Below are positions 50,863 to 61,776 of a DNA stretch of 64,000 nt, piece after piece (position 1 is the stretch's first letter; every line of letters starts with the position of its first letter). A program made the translations under genes and the position numbers. A model generated the notes under the pieces. It did no database searches. It was not told where the DNA came from and worked only from the letters and a program-made list of their open reading frames with translations. This stretch comes from Tubiluchus corallicola. Its lineage: Eukaryota; Animalia; Priapulida. Where the stretch lies: NCBI GenBank assembly GCA_030141605.1, contig JAQGDQ010000576.1, positions 1-64,000 on the forward strand, read 5' to 3'.

Positions 50863-51360
50863 ACGGCCAAATCACGTTGAAAACACCGGTTCTCGTCTGA
50901 TCACCGAAGTTAAGCAACGTAGAGCCTGGTTAGTACTTAAATGGGTGACCGCCTAGGAATACCAGGTGCTGTAGCCTTGCGAGATGCCCACACTGTATCT
51001 CGACACTAGGAGGAGGACCTGCACAAGCAGCCAACGGCTAGAGGGCGGAGGAGGTCAAGTGACCCAACGGCCATGTGTAGAGGAGTAAACCTTCCAAATC
51101 AGGAGTGGAGCCCCGAAGGCGGACCAGTGCAGCATGCTCACTGACTCCGGCATTAAACTACATCAGGGAGGAAGAGAGGGGGTTCCTGTTGTCTAGGCAA
51201 CTCAGGATCTCCATACACCTGCCCAGGCGTGCACCCTGGAGACGTTCAAAGATCGGACTGCTCAGCCACAGTCGACGCTGCAGCTCCATCAATGTGATCA
51301 ATAACCGACTCTCTTGGCGCACACTCCATTGTCTTCCAAGACAGAAGGATGCCAACCAAC
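50863..51360 (+). mobile_element. 5S rRNA-headed SINE (SINE3-type) with TSD; 5S-like head at 50863-50978
   Basis: Near full-length 5S (ATCACGTTGAAAACACCGGTTCTCGTCTGATCACCGAAGTTAAGC..GAATACCAGGTGCTGTAGC) fused without an oligo-T terminator to a GC-rich body; flanking direct repeat CATATATGTGAC. Confidence 0.88.
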
Positions 51361-51781
51361 CATATATGTGACAATGTGTGAATAAAGATAGTACATATAA
51401 TGGTCTACTGTCATCAATACATGATGAGTGACATACATTACTGACAATTATGTTACAGATTGATAAATTTTAAACTTTACTAACAGTTTAACAGGCATTA
51501 AATTAATAACCATCTTCCGTTTCTGCTAAGCTACGCACATGTGCACAGTACTGTTACGTACCGGGTGACCTAAAAATTATATAACATTATGAACACAGTA
51601 TTCACTGAAATTGTTTTAATCTAACAATACGAAAATTTAACACGAGAACAGCCAAATGGCCACAGCGTGTGGACTGCAAAGCTAAGCAACACCGAATCTA
51701 GTTAGCAGAGAGGGTGCCAAGAATATGTTTTTGAACCGTATGATCTGTTAGGCTGCCCCCCCCCCCCAGGTATTCCTTGTA

Positions 51782-53052
51782 CAAGGCTGGCAGTACGGTA
51801 CGAAAACTCTTAAAAGTACGGTATGAAATTATGGTACAGAGTTTTTTCAACAATAGGGTGTAGTACGAAATTACGGTATTTTTTGTACCTTTATCGTATT
51901 TTTTCTACACCATTATATTCAGCTTTTTGTAACGTTTTCATTGGTCAGTAACTCAGCATGACGACTTGTTTTGCCTCTTGGGTAGGGACTTATTGTTGGG
52001 GATTTGTACGCTAATTAAGATTACACACAAATATAGAGTACACACAAGGGTACACACAATAATTAAGAGTACACACAAGATTACACACAATAATTAAGAG
52101 TACACACAATAATTAAGAGTACACACAAGAGTACACACAACAATTAAGAGTACACACAATAATTAAGAGTACACACAATAATTAAGAGTACACACAATAA
52201 TTAAGAGTACACACAATAATTAAGAGTACACACAATAATTAAGAGTACACACAAATAAAATGGCTAGATTGATCCTTCTTTGGTGCAAAAGCGCAAAGTT
52301 GTTTAGAAGTGCCGTTCTCATTTCCCGTAAATTATCTAACCTTTATTGTTGTACTTATACAAACTGCTTACCAAGTTTGTCACCTTTCACCTAACACAAC
52401 TGCTCCAGCTGCTATTTCTAAGAATTGTACAGCAATGTACGGTGCACGATAAAATTGACGCGGTAAACACCGTACATTTGTTCCCCGTGCGAGTTTTACC
52501 CGCATTTGTTTTTGTTTCAAAAATCTGCATATCTTGAGCGCAACATCTGAGCTAAAGATATGCTTTGCATATGAAAGAAATTCAAGATATACTGACCTAA
52601 TGCGTTAGCCTGTGTAGCCTGAGTGATGTAGTTGCAAATGTTTAGGTAAGACGCTATATTTTAATCATAATTAAAATCTTGTCACTAATGAGCATGTAAT
52701 TTAAGACAACCGTTGAAAACTAGTTAGTAGTGCCACAAAATTATTTTTTAAGAAAAAGTAACTCAAGATAAATTTATATCTCATGTATAATTTCATGTAA
52801 TGATACAGCAGTTCTGTTTTCACAGGACGCATAAATTCATAACAATAATTGATAAACTTATCGTTTTTACAATTAATTTTTATACTAGATCCTACATGCT
52901 TTTGATACGGAATTTGGTACGATAGTTTATCGTACTGGTATGGCATTATTTGCACATTCGATTTGAAGGTACGGAATGGAAATACGATATGGTACTTTTT
53001 AAAGGTACGAAGTACGGTATGTTTTTCATGACTTACCGCACTGTCAGCCTAG
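51782..53052. mobile_element. non-autonomous DNA transposon (P- or hAT-like) with internal TACACACAATAATTAAGAG tandem repeat (~52020-52255)
   Basis: Ends CAAGGCTGGCAGTACGGTA / TACCGCACTGTCAGCCTAG; 8-bp TSD TCCTTGTA/ACCTTGTA; GTACGG subterminal repeats. Confidence 0.7.
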
Positions 53053-53087
53053 ACCTTGTATGAAGAATGCTGAACACGCGCACCCAT

Positions 53088-53113
53088 CCACGCACGCACG
53101 CACGCACGCACGC

Positions 53114-53153
<40 letters not shown>
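53088..53153. repeat. (CACG)n(CA)n microsatellite
   Basis: Directly visible. Confidence 0.95.
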
Positions 53154-53156
<3 letters not shown>

Positions 53157-53175
53157 TTTATCCTATCTAGTTTAC

Positions 53176-53327
53176 CTGATAAAAACGCTTGAAAGACAAC
53201 TGCACTGCATCTAGCTGCTTCTGTAATGCATTGCTAAGAATGAATGGTATGTCAGTTACGGGTGCCAGTCCCGTCACACTTGCAATGGCGTCCATTGGAA
53301 GATAATGAGTAACGGCAACAAATGATT
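53176..53327 (-). CDS. UFSP2: UFSP2 exon (most 5' exon identified)
   Basis: SFVAVTHYLPMDAIASVTGLAPVTDIPFILSNALQKQLDAVQLSFKRFYQ; AG/GT, phase 1-0; LPxDA motif; in frame with the next exon. Confidence 0.8.
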
Positions 53328-53455
53328 CTACACAGAACAATAGGCAGAAGTTACTATTTTCAGTGGACAGTCGAATTGAGACTCGGCGTATGATCAGTTT
53401 GATGCTCAAGAAATTGGACTTGAATTTTACCCCTATAACTGGTATGGATCTAGAT

Positions 53456-53873
53456 CAGGTGTGTGCAAATTATCTGACTAGCCGGGCCACATTAAACATT
53501 CCAGCAATTCCTGTGGGCCACATGCAGTTTGGTCAAGGAGCCAAGTACAGTAGGACCTAATAACGATTTTTTTTTGCAACCGATTTGCGCACATCATTAC
53601 TACTGCACTACTACACTCAAGAAACTGTTTCAGAAGTTATTAAAATTTATATTAAAAAACCAAATATTTCGTCATGCCCGACAGTGACATTAAGTGACAA
53701 TGGTCTTGTAAGGGTTAATGCCATTCGATCTAGAGGAAAAAACTACCCGCACTATCTTTGCGATATTGGCACAGACTTCAGCTGGATCGCGTGGGCCGCA
53801 CTTTCATTACATTGACAAAGCTCTTCGCGGGACGCACAAGATCTCTCGGCGGGCCGCAGTTTGCACACCCCTG
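53456..53873. mobile_element. hAT-Charlie-like MITE, copy 2 (inverted relative to 18432-18930)
   Basis: CAGGTGTGTGCAAA...TTTGCACACCCCTG; TSD ATCTAGAT/CTTTAGAT. Confidence 0.85.
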
Positions 53874-54269
53874 CTTTAGATCCAGTCTGGCACACAACTA
53901 CCAAGATCTGAGTCCTGTCTAGATCCAGCAAACTTGGATCAAATCCATCAATTCAAACCGTATATTCTATTCACACCGATACTTTTTCACTAAATTACAA
54001 TAATAACGTTTATCGAAAAATCTCATGATTTTGCAATTTAAACAATCAATACAACAAAATAGGTTACAATCGATAAGACAAAAAACAATGATAAAAGACT
54101 AAATAAAATTACTATAACCTTACTGCACTTGTGCAAAAAAAATTCACGCGCATGCAGCATGAACCTAGCTGCAGAATTGAACCCACGACCTCGCGATACT
54201 CTAAAAATCAAATAGCAATGTTCTTGATGCTAACTTACTCATCTCTATTTGTATCACAGGAACACAGGA

Positions 54270-54925
54270 AAGGGTTCTAACACTAGCCACGCGTCCGGTC
54301 GACTTTAGAACAAGATTCAAATCAACAACCTGGAAAAAAACGCAGAATGTTACACTACCTTGTACCTTAGAAGGCTAGAAAAACTGTCTTGTAGCATTTT
54401 ACTAGGACAAGGTAACTTTAAAGATTTTCTTTTTAAAATTGGATACATACACGAAAATGCCTGTATATGCTCAGAGGAAGCACAAACAGTTGAACATTTG
54501 CTTTTTAATTGTACTTTGGTCGACGAAAATAAAAGATTAGCGCTCGCAAATAGCCTACAATTTCAAAACATTAGTAAAATTTATACATCTCGAGACAAAA
54601 ACCTGCTAGTTGCTTTCTCTGAGTTAGTTTGTGCTTCGTTTTTACAAACTTTAGTATAAAATATTGAACTTTTATATTATATCTGTCACTTATGTTATAC
54701 AGGTCGTTTTGTGTAAATTGATACTATTTGATTTTAGTTGTTCTTTTATTGGTATATTGATTTATTGGTATTTAAAAGTCTTACGAATATAACAGCTATT
54801 TTATTTACAAAGTTTTTTAACCATACCCTGCAAATAGAGGGTCCCTGTATGTATTTTATGTAAATATTTGTATATGCGTACAATTTTAAATTTTAAATAA
54901 AGAATTATAATAAAAATAATAATAA
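54270..54925 (+). mobile_element. 3' end of a non-LTR retrotransposon (R1/LOA/I-like)
   Basis: ORF 54360-54659 with LLGQGNFKDFLFKIG..CIC..EEAQTVEHLLFNC (CCHC knuckle); 3' UTR ending in AATAAA and (TAA)n. Confidence 0.75.
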
Positions 54926-54999
54926 TTGTACTGCACCAAATCTAGTATAGTATACAAAAGCAAACAGGTGTCATATGAAATACATCATTAATACAATTG

Positions 55000-55541
55000 C
55001 ACAAAATGCATGAATTCAGAATGCAGCTGATATGCTACTCAATTTTACACAAAGTGCAAGAAAACACTCTTTATGAAGAAAACCTAAAAAGTTCGTCTTG
55101 AAATTTTTATGACTTACATGCAGGCTTACTGCATACAGAGCTTGTGTTAACAGTAACACGGTATAAAATTTGTAAATTTAAGCTCCGTCGATGACCATCA
55201 GGCGCAGTCATTTTGACGGTACTTGAAACAAATTTAGGTAACGTCGCATAAAGTTGGAAACAATAATCAGAGCATTTGTAGTGCATTCTTCTCTAACTCA
55301 GCAAAAGAACGAATCATTTTATATTGTCAATAAGATCAATAATGTGTTTGTGATTTTTTTTGGTGAATCAGTAGTGCACAGTGGGATAGCGATGCAGTGA
55401 CGTACTAGCAGTTGGCACACATATTGTAAATTATTACGAATTTTCTATTTCAATTACATCAGTCTTCTACTGCTTTTTTAATATAATTTTGTAATGAAAG
55501 TTTTTTTGGGGATGTACACTAAAATTGCCTTATCTGCCCCT
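55000..55541. mobile_element. dispersed repeat related to 9250-9800; right end TTGCCTTATCTGCCCCT|TTAA
   Basis: Colinear similarity to the 9250-9800 copy; left boundary approximate. Confidence 0.55.
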
Positions 55542-55669
55542 TTAATGCTTTGAACCATCTGATGTTTTCTTTCCTGGAGTTTTAAAGGCTGTTTTTTCTG
55601 TTTTTGTGAGTTAAAAGCACAAGCATGATATACCTTTAGAACAGTTTAACAAAATCATATGCAGTCTTT

Positions 55670-55795
55670 TGCTGAGGTGTAGCGGTTAGCATAGTGAGCG
55701 GCGGGAGAAAGCCTGGGTTCGAATCCCAGTGTAGATGCAAAACATTTTCAGACTTTCTGATTTAGTATTGCTTCGCGCGTTTATGATTTTCTATG
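55670..55795 (+). mobile_element. degenerate tRNA-derived SINE
   Basis: GGTGTAGCGGTTAGCATAG..CCTGGGTTCGAATCCCAGTG; body similar to the 49740 copy. Confidence 0.55.
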
Positions 55796-57098
55796 CTCTC
55801 CTGTTTTGCCTTCAACAAATAATAGCAGCATGGAGTGACATTCACCAGTTTTGTCTACGCGTAAAAAGAAAAAGTGAATAACTGAGCAAGTTACGTCAAA
55901 ACATTTCAGTTTTCTGTTTGTCTGCGCACTTTACACTCCACTGCGCAGGCAGATTTGTTTAATCTGCAAACCACTAACTCTAGGCTACGTGTACGAAAGT
56001 GAATAGATCGATGCACTGCCACCAGAGCTAAAAATAGACATTACGTAGCGCACGCTCTATGGTCGATTGCACCATCATACGCAATTTGGCTGCGCGTAGT
56101 TTCGATTCCAACAAACATTACCTAAACTCCATTACAAACTCCACTAGCACTTGGCAAATGAATTTGTTTGGTTTTTATATGTACGTTGTGAACTTGCGCA
56201 ACAATTTAATAAAATTACGTCAGTGAAGATTTGAAGTTCTAAACGTGTAAAGTGTATTTAGAGAGAAGAAAGAGACAACTTTAGGCAAGTCAAATAAATT
56301 TAGTGAGTTGCAAATCTAAAGTTGAAAATGGTCTTTAAATGGCGAGGGGATAAATTACATTATCGTTGGTGAGAACTGCTGGGTGCTTGCTACCACAGTT
56401 ATGCAACACTGGACCTGGGTTGGTAACTGGATGGGCGACTGTCAAAAGGAGCTGTTTCACGATGCTCCTGTTATGCATAAAAAAGACCAAACTGAGCTGT
56501 AGATTACAGAAAGCAAATAAGTAGTTTTTCAACATCTCTACATACATATGTGGATGGTGATAGCTTTATAGTCTATAATAATAATTTAAGTCACTTTTTA
56601 TTACAGGCACTTACAGCTATAGTTAAAACACCACAACTTTATTAAAACTTCTAGTTAAAGTTTAGATACTATGTAGTTTAGGTTCAAGGCTGATTACCAG
56701 GATGTGATTAACGCCATTGTTACGAGAATCTAAAGATTGTTATGAGAACATGCAATGACATCCAATTCCATTTCGTCCCCCTTAAGCCTCAGACCCACCT
56801 GTCTGGAGACAGCATCGCATTCAGCCGACAAGGCAAATGCATCCTAGTACATTCTGACAGTAACATGATGATGTTGCATAGGTACTATGAGTCAAAATGT
56901 TAAATGACAATTGAAACGCAAGATAAATGAGATTAAAATGAATGAAATTGAAATTAAAAATAATAACTGGCATATGACTAAATCTAGAAAAGACAATACA
57001 GAAGACAATACTTGGTTAATATAAGTGGTTGGTATATGTCCATCAACATAAGTAAACAACAAAGAACTGTTGAGATAAATAGTTCGTATGTGGCTACA

Positions 57099-57468
57099 AT
57101 GCCCACACTGTATCTCGACACTAGGCGGAGGAGCTGTACAAGCAGCCAACGGCTAGAGGGCGGAGGAGGTCAAGTGACCCAGCGGCCATGTGTAGAGAAG
57201 TAAACCTTCCAAATCAGGAGTGGAGCTCCGAAGGCAGACCAGTGCAGCATGCTCACTGACTCCGGCAGCCAACCTGGTGGCAAATGTATCGCTCTGCTTT
57301 CCTTTGGACTACACCAGGGCGGAAGAGAGGGGGGTTCCTGTTGTCTGGGCAACTCAGGATCTCCATACACCTTGCCCAGGCCTGCGCCCTGGAGATGTTC
57401 AAGGATCGGACTCTCTTGGCGCACATTCCATTGTCTTCCGAGACAGAAGGATGCCAACAACAACAACA
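57099..57468 (+). mobile_element. 5S-derived SINE body with (CAA)n tail, head missing
   Basis: SINE body followed by CCAACAACAACAAC; flanking direct repeat ATGTGGCTA. Confidence 0.85.
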
Positions 57469-58071
57469 ATGTGGCTAGATAGTCCACAATAGTTCATATA
57501 TTAGGCTCTTTCCTTTCTCCCCCACGGTGAGGAACTGCAAGAGGCTTACATAATAAACAAACTGAAATGAAGAACTGATTACCAGGATGTGATTAATGCC
57601 ATTGTTATTAGAATCTAAAGCGTGTTATGAGAAAATGCAATGACATCCAATTACAGTCATGTGACAATGGACAAGAGCTCGGTGTCCTCCTGGTGGCACT
57701 TTTGAGAGCGTGAAGGTCAGTTAAACGTCAGCATAAGGAAATTAGGATATTTTAAAACGCAACACTGGAGTACAATTAGGAAACGAAATAACAAAACAAG
57801 TGGAAGAACAGAATCCAATTTAATAACATTAGCAAAAGCAATTCTCAATAATGCAGTAGTTTACAATCTTATCTTTTTACAAGTGTTAAGATTCGAATTG
57901 CTAAAAACTTAGTCGAAATAGAGAAGGTCTTTCTAGCCTTTTTCTGAAATAGGGTTTAAGGCATATTCAACACTTGCGTATGAAGAAAATGTCATCACAG
58001 CATAAAATATACACAAAAAATGAAGAAATTTTATCTTTTTTTCAGAACTATTAAAAAGCCAGAGCCACGAA

Positions 58072-58185
58072 ATGGAAAGTTTCTCTTGCAAATATTGCAA
58101 CATGATATTCAATGGACCAGCACCCTATCGGCAACACATAGTGAGCGAAAAGCATCGAAAAAAGCAAGCGCAAGCTTCCACACCA
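58072..58185 (+). CDS. matrin/JAZ-type zinc finger protein, coding exon 1 (exon acceptor at 58045)
   Basis: MESFSCKYCNMIFNGPAPYRQHIVSEKHRKKQAQASTP|GTAAGT; C-x2-C-x12-H-x5-H finger; phase 0. Confidence 0.8.
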
Positions 58186-58436
58186 GTAAGTTGACCAAGC
58201 TGACCGATTTTTCCATGAGTGCTTCTCATTGTAACTCATTATCTATAATTAATTTCCAGGATGAAGCAAAATGATAATATTTGTCCGTGTTTTTGTATTT
58301 TGTGTAATGACATTCATATCTCGGTTTGCCGAACATGGGAAAAAATTTTACGGATATCGGAAAAATTCTGTCACTTTAACACTTGGAATGCAAGTGTAGA
58401 ATAATTTTTTCCAAATTCATTTATTTTTCTAATTAG

Positions 58437-59501
58437 ATGAGAGATTTGTCAACACCTGATGTCGGATCTGAAATGGGAAGTGCACATACTTTTTCCAGTT
58501 CCTTTTTAACAAACGACAACGAGATTAATCATCGTGCAGAGGTGTGCAATGTTCCAAAACCAGCAACAAATTATTGCTCTTTGTGCTCAGTAACGACGTC
58601 AGGAGAAATGGATATGGCGCAACATTACTACGGAAAGCAACACAAAGCTGCTCAAAGGCATATGAAGGAGTTAGAAGAGTTTATGAAAGCGCGGAATCCC
58701 AGCTTGACCCAAGACCAACTCAGATTAAATCTTGACGCTTTGGGAAAAACTACAAACGACAGAAAGCCGGAGTGCAAGGACACTCAGAGCGCTCATCCAG
58801 TCAACGACAGAAAGCCGGAGTGCAAGGACACTCAGAGCGCTCATCCAGTCAACGACAGAAAGCCGGAGTGCAAGGACACTCAGAGCGCTCATCCAGTCAA
58901 CGACAGAAAGCCGGAGTGCAAGGACACTCAGAGCGCTCATCCAGTCAACGACAGAAAGCCGGAGTGCAAGGACACTCAGAGCGCTCATCCAGTCGATAAA
59001 GAAGAAAGTCTCACGAACAGCTTGAGCATCAACAATAACGGATGTAAAGAAAATGAGGAACAAAATATAAATTATTGTGCCTTGTGTCAAGTGACGTTTA
59101 CTAGTAAAGTACATGCAGCATCGCATTACGCAGGGAAAAACCATGAAAAGAAAAAAAGGGCAAAAAACATGGCAAGTCTTACGACCATGACAACAAGACA
59201 AGTCATTCCGGTTTATCAGGCCGAAGTAAAACAAGCAAACGGTGCTGCCACTCTCTCACCTCCGAGAAAGCAGAATCCGAAAGTCATCATAGTAGATGTA
59301 AATAAAAAAATCGTAGACGCAAAAGAAGGAAAGGTCGAAGAAAAAGCGCCCGAAAAGAAAGTATCGAGGCAGACTTTGTTTGTGTTTCCAAAAGAAATGA
59401 TGGCAGAAGCAGAAGAATTGAAGCGCAAAATTAAAGTAAAAATTTCAGAAAGTAAGAAACCGGGAAAAGAAAGACAAAAAGAAGAAATGGAAAAAAATTG
59501 A
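58437..59501 (+). CDS. matrin/JAZ-type zinc finger protein (ZNF385/ZMAT3/ZNF346-like), coding exon 2
   Basis: TTAG acceptor, phase 0; fingers YCSLC..HYYGKQH and YCALC..HYAGKNH; Lys/Glu-rich tail. Confidence 0.85.
   Translation: MRDLSTPDVGSEMGSAHTFSSSFLTNDNEINHRAEVCNVPKPATNYCSLCSVTTSGEMDMAQHYYGKQHKAAQRHMKELEEFMKARNPSLTQDQLRLNLDALGKTTNDRKPECKDTQSAHPVNDRKPECKDTQSAHPVNDRKPECKDTQSAHPVNDRKPECKDTQSAHPVNDRKPECKDTQSAHPVDKEESLTNSLSINNNGCKENEEQNINYCALCQVTFTSKVHAASHYAGKNHEKKKRAKNMASLTTMTTRQVIPVYQAEVKQANGAATLSPPRKQNPKVIIVDVNKKIVDAKEGKVEEKAPEKKVSRQTLFVFPKEMMAEAEELKRKIKVKISESKKPGKERQKEEMEKN
58755..58994 (+). repeat. perfect 48-bp coding tandem repeat, 5 copies
   Basis: NDRKPECKDTQSAHPV repeated five times with identical codons. 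Confidence 0.97.
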
Positions 59502-59768
59502 GTTAAAAAAAACAATCGGCCACTTTTGTAAAGGCAGAAGTCAAATGTTGTACAAGTGATTGTTCAATAACCAAGTACTGAGTACCAATATCACACAAGT
59601 ACTACGTGACAGACTGTTTCTCAACAATTGTACAGATTTATGAAAGGCAGTAATACACTTACAAAGTATACCTTTTTCAATTTAGTCAAATCTTTAAAAT
59701 CAAATCTACTATTTAAAATTTGCTACGCTAGATGTGAAAAAGTAATTAAAATGATTAATGCGACAATA

Positions 59769-60197
59769 CAGTCAACCCTCATCGAACCAGGCTAATTGGG
59801 GGGAGGGGGTGGATGGTCCGGTTTAGCCGATTGTCCGATTTATCCGATATGCCTATATATGGTCTATATTATACAGGAATAATCACCTTAATAAGGCCTA
59901 TATACATTGCACTATATACTATACTGTATGTTACTTTAAAATAGTTAACCTGTGAGGATAAAGAAATTAGCGAGTGCTTTCGATGGGGTAAGCAAACTGA
60001 ATTTTGGTGGGAATCGTAGCAGCCTGGGCGGCACCGCGAGCCGCTTCGGCCCGTCAATGGCTCGTGGTGAGTTGGTAGGTCGTGTTGTGTTTAGCGCTCC
60101 GGCTCGGACGGAAATCGGTCAGTTTCCTTTACCACTTATCACGTCCGTCTTATCCGATATCCGGGCTAACGGGGTCCGATTTAACGAGGGTCGACTG
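59769..60197. mobile_element. Tc1/mariner-pogo-like MITE, longer variant
   Basis: TA|CAGTCAACCCTC...GAGGGTCGACTG|TA. Confidence 0.85.
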
Positions 60198-60478
60198 TAC
60201 TAATATTAATATAAAAATTGATGGAAGACCTTTTATATGCTGTTTATGCTAGCAAAAATTAATAACTCATCATGTATCTTATTCAAGAGATAATGTATAA
60301 ACAAGTAATTGCTGTAACAAAACTTATTGTTAAATAATGTTTGTTTACCTACCGGATCTTGATCGTCTTTTATGGTTTACCTATCTTTCTGAGTCATGTA
60401 CTTTTAAGTTACATACAAATAAAAGTTTTAAACATACTAATGATTTATTCTTAAATACATTTAACTTATATGTACATG

Positions 60479-61662
60479 TGTGACAAACCATCTATTATTT
60501 ACGATATTTTTGTTTACTTGTTTGTCACCTTTTCATTTCACAGTCAAGTTCTTTATAGTGATAGCGGTAGCACTTGCTAGTGTAATTTGCTTACATTAAA
60601 TTAGTCACTATAGTAGTACTGTATTGTTAGAGTAATTAGTGTAGTAGTGTAGGAGTCCTACTAACACCCCCTCATCTTATGGTTGTGTTCTGCAATACCT
60701 GCGATACTTGCGGCTTATTTCAAATGTGTGAAACCCGTACAGGTGTGAAATGTACATGATACATACGTCACAGCTATAGTCTGAGACGTGCAACCTGGCA
60801 GTCAGTCGGCCGTTATTGAAAGGCCTAGGTCACGTAAAATGACCATCGTCTGATTTTCACATGTCTGTGAAAAGACAGTCAAAAATGTCGATTAGCATCG
60901 TCGATGTTATAGTGCAGTAGACGTCACTATTTCTTTTGTCAACAGCCATTGCTTACAGAGCTGACGGGTCTTTGTCGAGTACGTTGTCTTGGTTTGATGA
61001 GGTGGTTACCGTTACCGTCATTGTCTGAGGATTCGTTCAAACCTGAAGTCACGCTAAAGTTCATGGTGGACAGTCCATTGTTGGTAGAGCAAACCATAGT
61101 TGGTAAATCCATGGATGTTACCCCACAGGTTAGCAGCTGCAGTTTCACACAATGTTCATGGGGTGTCTGGTAAGACAAGACTTTTGTACTTTTGCTCAGC
61201 GTTTGCTAGCTAGCATAATTCCGTTTCTATATGATCATCGTTGGATTGCCGTCATCGAGAGTGCGTCATCATTTGCACGTGCTACCCCCACTAACACCTC
61301 CCTTCTCTATTATTAGATTAGAGAATATATTTGCTGTACTGTGATTAATTGTTATTGTTAACTATTTCTTTTCTCCGGGTTAAAGTAGTAATCAATTAAA
61401 TTTTGTTATATACAGCTTAATAGTTGGTTTGGTATTCTATCTACCATCGAATATTACTAGCTCATTAAGACTCCTAGGCTCGGGTTCCGCGTGCCCCCGT
61501 ATGAAACAACAAAGCCTTAGCCCAACTCCAGGATGCTAATAGTAAATTATCTAACACTATAGAACCCCAGAACCACGTGTTACACCTCGTTTATAGGGCG
61601 GTCGTGCCTGCTTTTCAAGACATTGAGACTCGGAGTACGTAACCTATAGACATGGCGTCACA
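60479..61662. mobile_element. solo LTR family B
   Basis: TGTGAC...GTCACA termini with perfect 5-bp TSD ACATG; no internal domain or second LTR. Confidence 0.7.
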
Positions 61663-61776
61663 ACATGATTCTTGAGTATATGTTGTTAAGACCTTGTTTA
61701 TTGTTAAATATTATATATTTATTACATATGTAAAAAAATTAAGTTAATAGTGATTGATCCCAGCAATTTTACTGAG

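Noticed and set aside
50863-50978. Functional 5S rRNA gene
   Set aside because: 5' end eroded, substitutions near box C, no oligo-T terminator, fused to a dispersed body and bounded by a TSD.
60939-61178. ORFs as upstream UFSP2 exons
   Set aside because: They lie inside a TSD-bounded solo LTR and show no recognisable UFSP2 similarity.
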